Shown in pieces: positions 28,232 to 38,600 of a stretch of 64,000 nucleotides of DNA; position 1 is the stretch's first letter; every line of letters begins with the position of its first letter. The translations under genes were made by a program, and so were the position numbers. The notes below the pieces were generated by a model. The model ran no database searches and was not told the origin of the DNA. It was given only the letters and a program-made list of their open reading frames with translations. Origin of the DNA: Longimicrobiales bacterium (lineage in GTDB: Bacteria; Gemmatimonadota; Gemmatimonadetes; Longimicrobiales; Gaopeijiaceae); assembly GCA_965238005.1 (NCBI GenBank), contig OZ250165.1, forward strand, positions 4,192,001 to 4,256,000, written 5' to 3'.

Positions 28232-28765
28232 ATGGGTGAGCTTCCGCTTCCGGCGCTTTTCTTCCTCTTCGGGGCCTTCGCGCTCCTCTCAGCCGGCCTG
28301 AAAGGCCGCTCGAGCAGGCGTGCTGGCGGGGGCGTCTCGGTCTTGACGCTCGTAGAGGGTCTCGCGGGCGTCGTCCTGATGGTGACGACGCTGCCGGGGG
28401 TGTTCCCCGTACGCGTTACAGGCAGCGTCGGGATAGGGACCGCCGTGCTGGTTCTGCTCTCGACCGTGATGCACCTGGGACAGGTGCGGGCCCTGAGCCG
28501 GGCTCGAGAGGAGTCGGCGGGTCAGCGGCTCTACACCTCCATAAGGTATGGATCGGATGACGGCCCCGCGGAGGAGAGTGCTACCGAGCCTGAGGAGAGC
28601 CCCGCGGAGTCGGAGGCGGTGGATCCGATCGCGGCCGCCCTCCGGAGCGGGCACTTCGACGAGGAAGCCTTCCTGAGAAGCACCTCCGGTGAGAGGGGGA
28701 CCCAAGGAGACGGCGACGCCGTTCCGGCGGGTGAGGATCTCCCCGAAGGGGAAGAGGAGCCGTAA
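28232..28765 (+). CDS. Hypothetical 3-TM membrane protein with an acidic C-terminal tail
   Basis: Three hydrophobic segments and a Glu-rich tail; ATG 2 nt after the IS target duplication. Confidence 0.55.
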   Translation: MGELPLPALFFLFGAFALLSAGLKGRSSRRAGGGVSVLTLVEGLAGVVLMVTTLPGVFPVRVTGSVGIGTAVLVLLSTVMHLGQVRALSRAREESAGQRLYTSIRYGSDDGPAEESATEPEESPAESEAVDPIAAALRSGHFDEEAFLRSTSGERGTQGDGDAVPAGEDLPEGEEEP

Positions 28766-28838
28766 ACTCCCAGGGATCCCGATTTCCGTCCTCCTGCACC
28801 CTGAGACGGCCATTATTCCCGCTCCGGGCGATCTGTAT

Positions 28839-29192
28839 AACCTCGAGCGCCTGTCCAGGCGGGTGGTCATGGGGCTCGCTCGGACCGGATCCTACGCCGC
28901 CAACGGCTCCGGAGACTACGTGATCTCCTTCTCGACCTCGCCCGAGGTTCGCCGCGTCCGGTCGAATCGGGGACCCTGGCCCGGAGAGTCACTGCTGAAC
29001 GCGCAGCTGTCGCCGCTCTTCGCAGCCGCTGCCGAGGCCACGGAAGGGGCCATCTACAACGCCATGTTCAAGGCGACGACGGTCACGAGCGCTCGTGGGA
29101 CCGTGGAAGCCATCCCCCTGGAAGAGACGCCGGAGATCCTGCGGAAGTACAACGCGCTGAACTGGGACCGTCTCCGGCCACACGGGCGCTGA
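28839..29192 (+). pseudogene. C-terminal fragment of a DmpA/P1 (S58) aminopeptidase
   Basis: LERLSRR..MGLARTGS..ANGSGDY.ISFST, LF.AA.EATE.AIYNA; N-terminal part absent. Confidence 0.7.
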
Positions 29193-29248
29193 AATGAGTC
29201 GGTACAGGCATCCACAGGATCAACCTCTCTCGACACTAGGAGAAGATC

Positions 29249-29731
29249 ATGCTGAAGTCGACCCAACTGATGGTCGTTGCAATCACCCTTGGACTGATGG
29301 CGTGCCGGCCCCCCGCCCCTGACGCCGCCGCCGCGACCCAGACCGCCCTCGACATCGAGTACCTGACGACGCCGGAGATGCAGGGGTTGGGAGTTCCGTT
29401 CTCGGAGGCAGTGAGGGTTGGCTCGATGCTGTACCTGTCGGGGCAGTTGGGGAACGTCCCGGGGACCAGGGAGATGGCACCGGGGGGTATCCAAGGGGAG
29501 ACGCGCCAGACGATGGAGAACATCCGAGCCGTCCTGGAGCGCTACGGGTCGTCGATGGACCGGGTGGTGAAGTGCACGGCCATGATCGACGACATGGCTG
29601 AGTGGCCGGCGATGAACGAGGTCTACGCCGAGTTCTTCCCGGGGCCCAAGCCGGTTCGATCCGCCTTCGGTGCGGATGGTCTCGCTCTGGGAGCGAAGGT
29701 CGAGATCGAGTGCTGGGCCACGGTGGGTTAG
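29249..29731 (+). CDS. RidA family lipoprotein
   Basis: Lipobox LMAC; PFSEAVRVG, LSGQLG, KPVRS, VEIEC. Confidence 0.9.
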   Translation: MLKSTQLMVVAITLGLMACRPPAPDAAAATQTALDIEYLTTPEMQGLGVPFSEAVRVGSMLYLSGQLGNVPGTREMAPGGIQGETRQTMENIRAVLERYGSSMDRVVKCTAMIDDMAEWPAMNEVYAEFFPGPKPVRSAFGADGLALGAKVEIECWATVG

Positions 29732-29913
29732 TGTCCCGTTACCAAAGTGTCTCGGCCAGTCGAGGGCACGGTGCATCCGTGGGCTCGGCGTTGGAACTCC
29801 TTGTGACCACGCTTCGCGCGGTGCCCGCTTGCGCTACGCCGCGTCGTCCCGCCTTGATCCCCCGGCGCCCCGACCCTCTTGGTGGCTCGCGAACTTCGGA
29901 AACGGAACACTAG
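29728..29913 (-). mobile_element. MITE-like element, long copy (178 bp between TTAG and CTAG)
   Basis: Same termini as 4876-4970 in opposite orientation; 81/87 identity over the shared ends by manual alignment. Confidence 0.8.
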
Positions 29914-29916
29914 GTC

Positions 29917-31158
29917 CTAAAGCAGCGCCATCACGAGCCCGCTGCGGATCTTGGGCTCGAACCAGGTGGACTTCGGCGGCATGTGGCGATTCTGCCTGCA
30001 CACCTCGATGAACTGCTCTATGGTGACCGCCGGCAGCGTGACCGCATAGGCCGCCCGTCCCTCGTCTACGGCGGCCTGGAGCCAGACGGCGTCCTTGTTG
30101 CTTCCCACGAAGGTCAGTCGGGGGTCCCCTGCATCGTCGATCCCGAAGACCTCGGCGAAGAGGTTCCGCTGCACGATGTCGGCGTCGATGGCCTCCACGG
30201 CGTTCTTCGGATCGAAGGTGCCGGGGAGTGGGCGCAGATGCATCCAGCCCTGCTCGGGTGAATAGAGTCCGACCCGGTGGGTTTCGGTGGGCTGATAGGC
30301 AGCCGACTCCAGGGACCCTCCGATCTCGAACTTCCTCGCTACCGCGGCCGTCAGTCCCGAGGCCGGATCTCCCGCGTCAGTCACGAGACGGTTGTACGGG
30401 TAGATGCTCATGGTAGCGGCGGGGAAGAACACCGCGAGGAAACTCTCGTAACCGAGCATGGCCGCGGCGGCGCTCCGGTGATTCCCGTCCGCCACGTACG
30501 CGTGGGGCTCCTCGGCGAGAAGTTGCCGGAAGCGTCCCATGGCGCTCGGATCGTCCACGATCCAGACCCGGTGCCGGTTCCCGTGGTGATCGGTGGCCTC
30601 GAAGTCGGGCTCCGAGGCGGCAGTATGGGCCTCCAGCGCGGCCTGAATCTCACCGGAGGTGTCGTCGATGGCGCTGTTCACTATGCCGATGATGGCACCG
30701 GTGGCCTCGATGAGGTCGGCCCGGCCGCGGGCCTTGGGCTCGCGGATGCCCTCGTTCCGAATGATCGTTCCCCCGGGCGTTGCCCCGGTTCGGATCTGGG
30801 CCGTGCGCGCCATCCCGCCCAGTCCGATTTGGGGAGCGTCCGGGCGCCTCGGGTCCTGGATCTCGTAGACCCACAGCATGTTCCGGACTTCGCGTGTGAG
30901 GTCGCTCTCGATGAGCTCGTCCATGTTGAGCTTCGCCCGGGTCAGGGACGCCGCCGATTCCCCCGCTGTGATGTCGGTGCGCGAGGGCGTGTCGCAGTGG
31001 GCCATGGTGACCCGGAGGACACTCATAGGATTCCCCTGGAGGAGATCCCAGATCTCACGGTCGCCCTGGAATTCGTCGTAGTTGGGGGCGCTGATCCGGG
31101 CGGCAGCCTCCGAGTCGACGGGGACCAGGGCGTGGGGAACGGGGGTGATCGTGATCAA
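29917..31158 (-). CDS. DUF1015 family protein
   Basis: YVADGNHRSAAA, IYPYNRLV, MPPKSTWFEPK.RSGL; TTG start after GAGG. Confidence 0.88.
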   Translation of the reverse strand: MITITPVPHALVPVDSEAAARISAPNYDEFQGDREIWDLLQGNPMSVLRVTMAHCDTPSRTDITAGESAASLTRAKLNMDELIESDLTREVRNMLWVYEIQDPRRPDAPQIGLGGMARTAQIRTGATPGGTIIRNEGIREPKARGRADLIEATGAIIGIVNSAIDDTSGEIQAALEAHTAASEPDFEATDHHGNRHRVWIVDDPSAMGRFRQLLAEEPHAYVADGNHRSAAAAMLGYESFLAVFFPAATMSIYPYNRLVTDAGDPASGLTAAVARKFEIGGSLESAAYQPTETHRVGLYSPEQGWMHLRPLPGTFDPKNAVEAIDADIVQRNLFAEVFGIDDAGDPRLTFVGSNKDAVWLQAAVDEGRAAYAVTLPAVTIEQFIEVCRQNRHMPPKSTWFEPKIRSGLVMALL

Positions 31159-31314
31159 GGTCGCCTCATCGGGGGAGTTGTGGTCAGATGCCCTCCGCTT
31201 GCGACAGTTTGAGGGACTTCCCCGTCGTTCACCAGGGGCGGCGTCCACCAGGGGCGGATCGCCTCATCGCCTAGGAAAGATCGCCCCGTCACCCGCGAGG
31301 CGGTGCCAAGTGAG

Positions 31315-32508
31315 TCAGGACCCCGCCAGGGCGATCAAGGCGTCGAGGAACCGCCCCAGGACCTGACTCTGGGCGGCCCCGAAGAGGTTCCAGCTGTTGA
31401 CCACCCCGACCAGATCGTGCTCGGGGAGCACCAAGAGGTACTGACCCCCGTAGCCCAAGCCGGCCCACACCTCCGTCCCCCTTCGGTCCAGCCTCCACCA
31501 CTGGTAGCCGTACCCGCGACCTGATCGGTCGACTCGCTCGACGCGACGGTCCGTTGAGGCCTCGGTCCACCCCTCGGGCAGGATGCGCCGCCCGTTCCAG
31601 ACGCCGTCGTTCAGGTAGAGGTATCCGAACTTGGCGAGCTGCTCTGCTTCCAGGTACAGGCCACCCTCGGTATCGGGAAAACCCTTCGGTGTCTTCTTCC
31701 AGTGGTAATCCTGAATACCCAAGGGCCCGAACAGGTGGGCCTCGGCGTACTCGTCGACGTACAGGCCAGTGGCCGCCTTGATGACACCCGACATGAGGTG
31801 GCTGCCGCCGCTGTTGTAGACCCACTTGGTGCCTGGGTCCGCGTCCATGGGTTGATCGAGGGTGAACTGGATCCAGTCTTCACTGGCCTCGAGCTGGATC
31901 GTCGTGTTGGTGGAGTTCATAGGCCGGTCGGTCTCGTGCCACTCGATCCCGGAGCGCATGGTGAGGAGGTCGTCGAGGGTGGCGTCGCGCAGCCGCCGGT
32001 CCACCCTGGACAGGTCGTAGTCACCAAAGAACGACAGCAGGGGTGCGCCGGTGCCGTCGATCTCTCCCCGGCCGATGGCGATTCCGATGAGAGCCGAGGT
32101 GACCGATTTGGTCACGGACTGGAGGGAATGGACGTCGCGCCCCTGAAAGTAGGGGTGCCAGTCGGGGTGGTAGTAGTTGTATTGGTGGGGCGACATGTCC
32201 CGTCCGCGACTGGCCGCTCGGTAATCGTTCTCGTAGCGCTCATTCACGATCAGGTAGCCGTTCTTGACGACCACCATCCGGTCGATGTGGCCGTACGTTC
32301 CGTCTTCGATGGTCCGGTCCAGATCCGCGAAGAGCGTTCCGTTCAGGCCCTGAGCTTCGAGGGTGGACGTCGCCCATCCCTCGGTGGGCCAGGGAGCCTG
32401 CTGTGCCGAGGTGGCGGTCGTCGGGCCCAGGGCGAAGAGGGGGGAGGCCAGGCCGAGCGAGAGTAGAGCTGGGGCGGGGGTCCGATTCCATCGTGGCACT
32501 CTTGTCAT
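31315..32508 (-). CDS. Secreted beta-lactamase-like serine hydrolase
   Basis: SVTK, LLTMRSG, YNS, YGYQWW, GYGGQ; signal peptide. Confidence 0.9.
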   Translation of the reverse strand: MTRVPRWNRTPAPALLSLGLASPLFALGPTTATSAQQAPWPTEGWATSTLEAQGLNGTLFADLDRTIEDGTYGHIDRMVVVKNGYLIVNERYENDYRAASRGRDMSPHQYNYYHPDWHPYFQGRDVHSLQSVTKSVTSALIGIAIGRGEIDGTGAPLLSFFGDYDLSRVDRRLRDATLDDLLTMRSGIEWHETDRPMNSTNTTIQLEASEDWIQFTLDQPMDADPGTKWVYNSGGSHLMSGVIKAATGLYVDEYAEAHLFGPLGIQDYHWKKTPKGFPDTEGGLYLEAEQLAKFGYLYLNDGVWNGRRILPEGWTEASTDRRVERVDRSGRGYGYQWWRLDRRGTEVWAGLGYGGQYLLVLPEHDLVGVVNSWNLFGAAQSQVLGRFLDALIALAGS

Positions 32509-32829
32509 GATCGTTCCTGCCCCTCTATGGTGTTTTCCCTGACGTGCTCAACTCCCGGGCGTTTCCCCCAGGCGCTTCCGAGCAACGATGGTTCGGCTCC
32601 CGGTCTCCAGGGGGAACTCGGATCTTCAATGATAAGACCTCGCGCGGCTAGAGCCCCCATCACTGTCCGACTTCCTCTTCGGAGGGGCATACGTATCTTT
32701 ATATCCTGAGTATACGTACGGTTGCATGTCCAAGAAGGCTGACGGTGGGTCAGCCGTAGGCTCGCGGCCGAGGCACGGGGCATGTCGGGATCGCCAAGCC
32801 GCCCTGGTGGAGGACTGGTTCCAGTGAAC

Positions 32830-34548
32830 CTAATCTCCCCCGCCCGTCCAGCCCGGACCCTTGACCACCTGTCCTGGTAGCGCACCCGTGTGCTCGCCGT
32901 CAGCCAGAACCTGCGCGCCGTTCACGAACACGTGGACCATGCCGGTGGCGTACTGGTGGGGATCCTCATAGGTGGCGTGATCGATGATGGTCTCGGGGTC
33001 GAAGATCACCACGTCGGCGAAGTAGCCGGGCTCCAGGCTACCGCGACCGGCGATGCCGAGGTTGCCCGCCGGAAGTGAGGTGAGCTTTCTCACCGCCTCC
33101 TCGAGTGAGATGACCCGCTCCTCTCGCACGTACTTGCCCAGGAGGCGGGCGAAGTTGCCGTAGGCTCGTGGGTGGGTGCTGAAGTTCGAGAAGGGTGGCT
33201 CGGGAGACATGGAGCCGGCGTCGGAGTCGAAGGAGACCCACGGTATGGCGATCTGCTTCATCACGTTCTCTTCCGACATGAGAAAGTAGACCACCTGTAC
33301 CCGGCTCCCGTCCTCGATGACCAGGTCCATGGCCGTCTCCTGGGGACTCGTGCCCCGCTCCTCAACCACCTCCGCCAGGGTCTGTCCCGTATACCCACGC
33401 AGATCGGGGTTCATGAACCCCACGAGCAGTGTTCCCTCGGGCCCGGCGGCTCGCATGAGGTTCTCCCACTCGGCGGTGGGCGTCACCATCTCGCGGGCTA
33501 CCCTGGCCCGGATGTCCGGATCGCGAAGGCGCTCGGCCCAGGCGTCGTAGCCGCCCTCCTGCACCCACGGAGGCATTGATGCGTCCAGCCCCGTCGATCC
33601 GGCCGTATAAGTGTACATGTCGGCCGTGATGTGGAGACCCTCGGCCTGAGCTTCCTCCACTCGGGCGATCACCTGGTCCATCTTGGGCCAGTTCTGCATG
33701 CCTCCGGCCTTCAGGTGATAGATCTCTGCGGGAACGCCGGCTTCCCGGGCGATGGTGACGAGCTCCTCCACGGCCTCCATGAGCCCGTTACCCTCGCTCC
33801 GCATGTGGGAGATGTACATGCCGCCGTACTCCGCCGCGGCGCGGGTCAGCGCGATGAGCTCATCGGTATCCGCGTAGAATCCCGGCGCGTAGATGAGCGA
33901 GGATGCGATCCCCAAGGCGCCCTCCTCCATGGCCTGCCGGACGAGCCCCTCCATCCGCTCCAGCTCCTCGGCAGTGGGCGCTCGATCCTCGTAGCCGAGC
34001 TCGTGTACGCGCGGCGTGGCGGCGCCCAGGAAAGAGGCGACGTTCGTGGCGGTGCCTTCTGCCACCAGGTAGTCGAGGTACTCGCCCAGCGTGGTCCAAG
34101 GTACTTCGAGAGCACCCCCTAGAACCTCGGCCGTGGCTTCCTCGGAGCCCATGTAGGACACGAAGTCGTCCAGCCACTCCTGCTTCATGGCGTTGTTCAT
34201 GGGACCCATGGAGTTTCCTTCGCCGAATACCTCCAGGGTGACCCCCTGGCGGATGTCGCCCTGGGAACGACCGTCGATGATGAGGGACTCGGTGGCCCAG
34301 CTCAGCATGTTGATGAAGCCGGGAGCCACGGCCAGGCCTTCGGCGGCGACGACGGTCGTGGCTGTGGCGCCGGAGAGGTCGCCGACGGCCTCGACGGTCT
34401 CTCCGACGATGCCCACGTCTCCGACGAAGGGCGCCGCCCCGCTCCCGTCGTAGATCGTGCCGCCGCGGATGAGCACGTCGTACTCGGGGGTGCCTTCACA
34501 CGCCAGGAAGGCGAGGGTCGCCAGGGTCCAAGTCCACCGGAGCTTCAT
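32830..34548 (-). CDS. D-aminoacylase-like amidohydrolase lipoprotein
   Basis: Lipobox FLAC; APGFINM, SHMRSE, IYHLK, HPRAYGNF, ADVVIFDP. Confidence 0.9.
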   Translation of the reverse strand: MKLRWTWTLATLAFLACEGTPEYDVLIRGGTIYDGSGAAPFVGDVGIVGETVEAVGDLSGATATTVVAAEGLAVAPGFINMLSWATESLIIDGRSQGDIRQGVTLEVFGEGNSMGPMNNAMKQEWLDDFVSYMGSEEATAEVLGGALEVPWTTLGEYLDYLVAEGTATNVASFLGAATPRVHELGYEDRAPTAEELERMEGLVRQAMEEGALGIASSLIYAPGFYADTDELIALTRAAAEYGGMYISHMRSEGNGLMEAVEELVTIAREAGVPAEIYHLKAGGMQNWPKMDQVIARVEEAQAEGLHITADMYTYTAGSTGLDASMPPWVQEGGYDAWAERLRDPDIRARVAREMVTPTAEWENLMRAAGPEGTLLVGFMNPDLRGYTGQTLAEVVEERGTSPQETAMDLVIEDGSRVQVVYFLMSEENVMKQIAIPWVSFDSDAGSMSPEPPFSNFSTHPRAYGNFARLLGKYVREERVISLEEAVRKLTSLPAGNLGIAGRGSLEPGYFADVVIFDPETIIDHATYEDPHQYATGMVHVFVNGAQVLADGEHTGALPGQVVKGPGWTGGGD

Positions 34549-34682
34549 GTCACGGGTCCTTTCAGATCACGAGCCAATCGCGGGTCCCCACCATACCACG
34601 CGGCGGGCGTCGGCCATAGCGACTCAAGGGGAACTCACGTCGTGCCCTCGATATAGTGGAACGACGGATTCGAGGGCGTGGG

Positions 34683-34732
34683 ATCGCGGGGGGGAGTCGA
34701 AATCGCGGGGGGAGTCGAATTGGGGGGGGAGT
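34683..34732 (+). repeat. Short tandem repeat ATCGC-G(n)-AGTCGAA with G7, G6 and G8 tracts
   Basis: Two full units plus a degenerate third, seen directly. Confidence 0.7.
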
Positions 34733-34766
34733 GGCGGTGGAGGCTGAAAGACCCCAGCCTTCACCC

Positions 34767-35516
34767 ATGAACTCGAACCGAAGACCGTGCCTTGCCGGAG
34801 TGCTCCTCGCTGCGTTGTCGGTGGTCTCCTGTGCGACACGGCCCGGGCCCGAGGCGCCGGCCCCGACGGCGCGCGAAGATCCCCTGGCCATCCACTGGGC
34901 CCGCACGGCGGCGGAGCACTGGGCCGTATACGAGCAGACCTTCCGGTGGATCGGAGAGCGCGTGGCCGCCCAAGCACAGGGACGGGATCGGGGCTCATGG
35001 GCCGTGATCATGGATGCCGACGAGACGGTCCTGGACAACTCCGAGTATCAGCTTCGCCGGGCCCGCCAGGGCCTGGGTTACACTCCCGAGAGCTGGAACG
35101 CCTGGGTGCGGGAAGAGGCCGCACCGGCGCTCCCAGGGGCCGTGGCGCTCGTGCGCAGGATCCGTGAGATGGGAGGGCGCGTGGCCATCGTCAGCAATCG
35201 TGACGAGGAGGTGTGCGATCCGACGCGGCGTAACCTGGAGGCCGTGGGACTGGACGTTGATGTCGTGCTGTGCCGGCAGCGCCCCGGGGGCAAAGAGGGC
35301 CGGTTCCGTGCGGTTGCGGAGGGAGGCACGTCAGCCGGCCTGCCTCCACTCGAGGTCGTGGCCTGGGTGGGGGACAACATCCAGGACTTTCCGGGAGGAT
35401 CCCAGGAGCTCCGCGACGCGGAGCCCGAGTCGCTCGCCGATTTCGGGGTGCGTTTCTTCATCCTACCCAACCCCATGTACGGAAGCTGGGAGAGAAACCC
35501 CCCCCGAGATCCCTGA
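34767..35516 (+). CDS. Class C acid phosphatase / 5'-nucleotidase lipoprotein (HAD)
   Basis: MDADETVLDNS, SNR, VGDNIQDF, LPNPMYGSW; lipobox VVSC. Confidence 0.9.
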   Translation: MNSNRRPCLAGVLLAALSVVSCATRPGPEAPAPTAREDPLAIHWARTAAEHWAVYEQTFRWIGERVAAQAQGRDRGSWAVIMDADETVLDNSEYQLRRARQGLGYTPESWNAWVREEAAPALPGAVALVRRIREMGGRVAIVSNRDEEVCDPTRRNLEAVGLDVDVVLCRQRPGGKEGRFRAVAEGGTSAGLPPLEVVAWVGDNIQDFPGGSQELRDAEPESLADFGVRFFILPNPMYGSWERNPPRDP

Positions 35517-35608
35517 ACGCGCGTGTGGGCGCACCGAATGGTGGAGGAGGGAGGCGTCCGAGGTCGCCGAACGGGTGTCAGGGGGGCGCACCCGGAGTCG
35601 GCGGAACC

Positions 35609-38600
35609 TCAAGGCCCGTTCGTCTGCACCCCGCCGTTCCCCACCTTCACGAGCCGCACGCGTGCCTTCCCGAACATCTCCTGAAGCTCGCCCAGGGTTT
35701 CCCCACTGGGATCGACCTTCAGTGTCCGCGACCGGAGAAGTGGTGAGGGCGTGCCGTTGTCACTGCCCAGCGTGAGCTCCACGGGCGCTGTTCCGGGGTG
35801 GGCCACCAGGACCTCCTTGGCCCGTGCGAATACGTCGGCGTCCAGCTCGGCCCCGATGGGGAGCTCGATCTGAAGGGCCAGCTTGCCACTGTTGGCGAGC
35901 CCCTCCAGGACGACGGCCTCGTCGAGAAAGATGGGCGGATCCTCTTCGTCCCGCTCGCGTCCGCTGACTTTCCCGGAGATGAGCACCACAACGTCCTGCC
36001 GGAGGACTACCTTGTACTTTTGCCAGTTGTCCTTGAAGGCCAGGATGGTGGCGGTTCCGTGGAAGTCCTCTACGGTGATCTTCCCCCACTCCGAGTTGTC
36101 CCGGCGTGAGATCTGCCGCGCCACCTTGGTCACCACGCAAGCCAGCTGCACGGGCTGCCCGGCGTGGTCCTTGAGATTGCTCGAGTTCAGCAGGTCGAAG
36201 GCCCGGACCACGTCCCCATGGCGATCCAGCGGATGCCCGGAGATGAAGAAGCCCAGCGCCTCCTTCTCCCTCTTGAGGCGCTCCTGGTCGGGCCACTCGG
36301 GCACGCCCGGCAGGCCCGGATCGGATCTCTCGAGGGCCGTCTCACTGACTCCGAAAAGCGACGCCTGGCCGGCCTCCTCCTCGGCCTTCCGGGCGCTGAT
36401 CTCCGAGTACGCCGTGTCGAGGCCGGCCAGAAGCTGGGACCGGTGTCCGAACGAATCCAGGGCGCCCGCGGCGATCAGGGCTTCCGCCGCGCGCTTGTTC
36501 AAGGCCCGCAGGTCGACCCGCTCCAAGAAGTCGAACATGGTCTTGAAGGGCCCGTCGATGCGGGCGGCCAGGATCGAATTCACCCCGCTCGATCCGACGC
36601 CACGGACCGCGCCCAGCCCGAATCGGATCTGCGTCTGGCTCACCGCCGTGAACTTCCACCCCGACTCGTTCACATCCGGAGGGAGGACCTCGAGCCCGTC
36701 GTTCAGTTGTGGGAGGTACCGAGGCAGATCCCGGCACTCACCGATGTACTTCACGACGTCGTCGGTGTTGGAGAGCACCGCCGAGAGCATGGCCGCCATG
36801 AACTCGGCCGGGAAGTGCGCCTTGAGCCACGCCGTGTGATACGAGAGAAGCGAATACGCGACCGAGTGGGACAGGTTGAAGCCGTACCGCCCGAAGGTCT
36901 CGATCTGTTCGGCGAGGCTCTGCGCGACACGCTTGTCGACGCCCCGCTCCACCGACTTGTCGATGAACTGAGCGAGCTCCTCCCGGATGAGCTTGGCGAT
37001 CTTCTTTCCCATCGCCTTCCGGAGCACGTCCGCCTCGGCCATGTTGTAGCCTGCCAGGACGTTGGCGATGCGCATCACCTGTTCCTGATAGACGATGATG
37101 CCGTACGTGGACTCCAGGACGGGCTCGAGATCCGGATGGTCGTAGCGCACCGGCTCCTGGCCGACCTTGCGCCTGATGTATGCGTCGGTCATGCCCGAGT
37201 CGAGGGGGCCCGGCCGAATGAGGGCGTTGCTGGCCACCAGGTCATCGAAGCGGTCGCAGCGCATCGCTCGCAGCTTGTCCACCGCCAATCGTGACTCGAA
37301 CTGGAAGACGCCGGAGGTGCCGCCCCGAGCCAACATCCGGTAGACGGCGGGGTCGTCCCGGGGGATGTCGTCTATGGACTCGTAGACGTCGCCGCTCTCC
37401 GGGTGCCGGAGCTCTCCGAGCCGGGCCTTCACGGCCTCCACCGCGTCGTGGATGACCGTGAGGGTCTTGAGGCCCAGGAAGTCCATCTTGAGCATCCCGG
37501 CGTCCTCGAGGCAGTTCATGTCGTACTGTGTAACGTACATCGCTTCGGCGGCGTCGCCGTTCGACCCGCTCTTCCCGGTCTGGATACACACCGGCACGTA
37601 GTTGTCCAGCGGACCGGGGGCGATGACGACGCCGGCGGCGTGGACCGAGGAATGCCTCGAGAGGCCCTCCAGCGTCATCGAATAGTCGAAGAGCTGCTGG
37701 TATCGCCCCCCCTCCTCGTAGAGCTCCTTGACCTCCTTGAGCCCCTTCACGGCCTCCTCCACCGTGAAGGCTTGGCCGGGCGCGTTGGGGATCATCTTGG
37801 CGATGCGGTCGGTCTCGGACGGCTCGAACCCCAGAGTCCGGCCCACGTCCCTGATCACCGCCCGCGACTTCATGGTCCCGAAGGTGATGATCTGCCCGAC
37901 GGCGTTCTGACCGTACTTGTCCTTCACGTAGTCGATGACTTCTCCCCGACGCTCGTAGCAGAAGTCGATGTCGATGTCCGGCATCGAGATCCGCTCGGGG
38001 TTGAGGAAGCGCTCGAAGAGGAGGCCGAACTCCAGCGGATCCAGGTTGGTGATCCAGAGCGCGTAGGCCACGATGGACCCGGCGGCGGAGCCCCTTCCGG
38101 GACCCACGGGGATTCCGTGACGCCGGGCCCAGTCGATGAAGTCCCAGGTGATCAGGAAGTATCCGGCGTAGCCCGTCTCGGTGATGACGCCGAGCTCGTA
38201 GTCGAGCCGTTTCTGGACGGGCTCCGGCAGCGGGTCGCCGTAGCGCTTCTTGGCGCCCAGGGTCGCCAGGTGGATCAGGTACTCGTTCTCATCCTCCTGC
38301 CCCTCGGGAAGAGGGAACGCCGGTAGATGGTAGGTCTTCTTGAAGCCGAGGTTCACCTCGTCGGCGATCTTGAGCGTGTTCTCGAGGACGTCGGGCCGGT
38401 CCGGAAAGCGCTCGGCGATCTCCGGGGCGCTCTTGAAGTAGAGGCCCTGGTCGTAGCGCATGCGGCTCGGGTCGCTTCGGTCCTTCCCGAGGCCGATGCA
38501 CAGCAGCACGTCGTGGGCCTCGTGGTCCTCCGCCTGCAGGAAGTGGGCATCGTTCGTGGCGATGACTGGGAGCCCCATCTCCTCGCCCAGCTTGAAGATC

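Noticed and set aside
32688..32722. AT-rich patch with a TACGTAT...ATACGTA inverted repeat
   Set aside because: Possible operator, but single copy, no candidate regulator and no well-spaced promoter.
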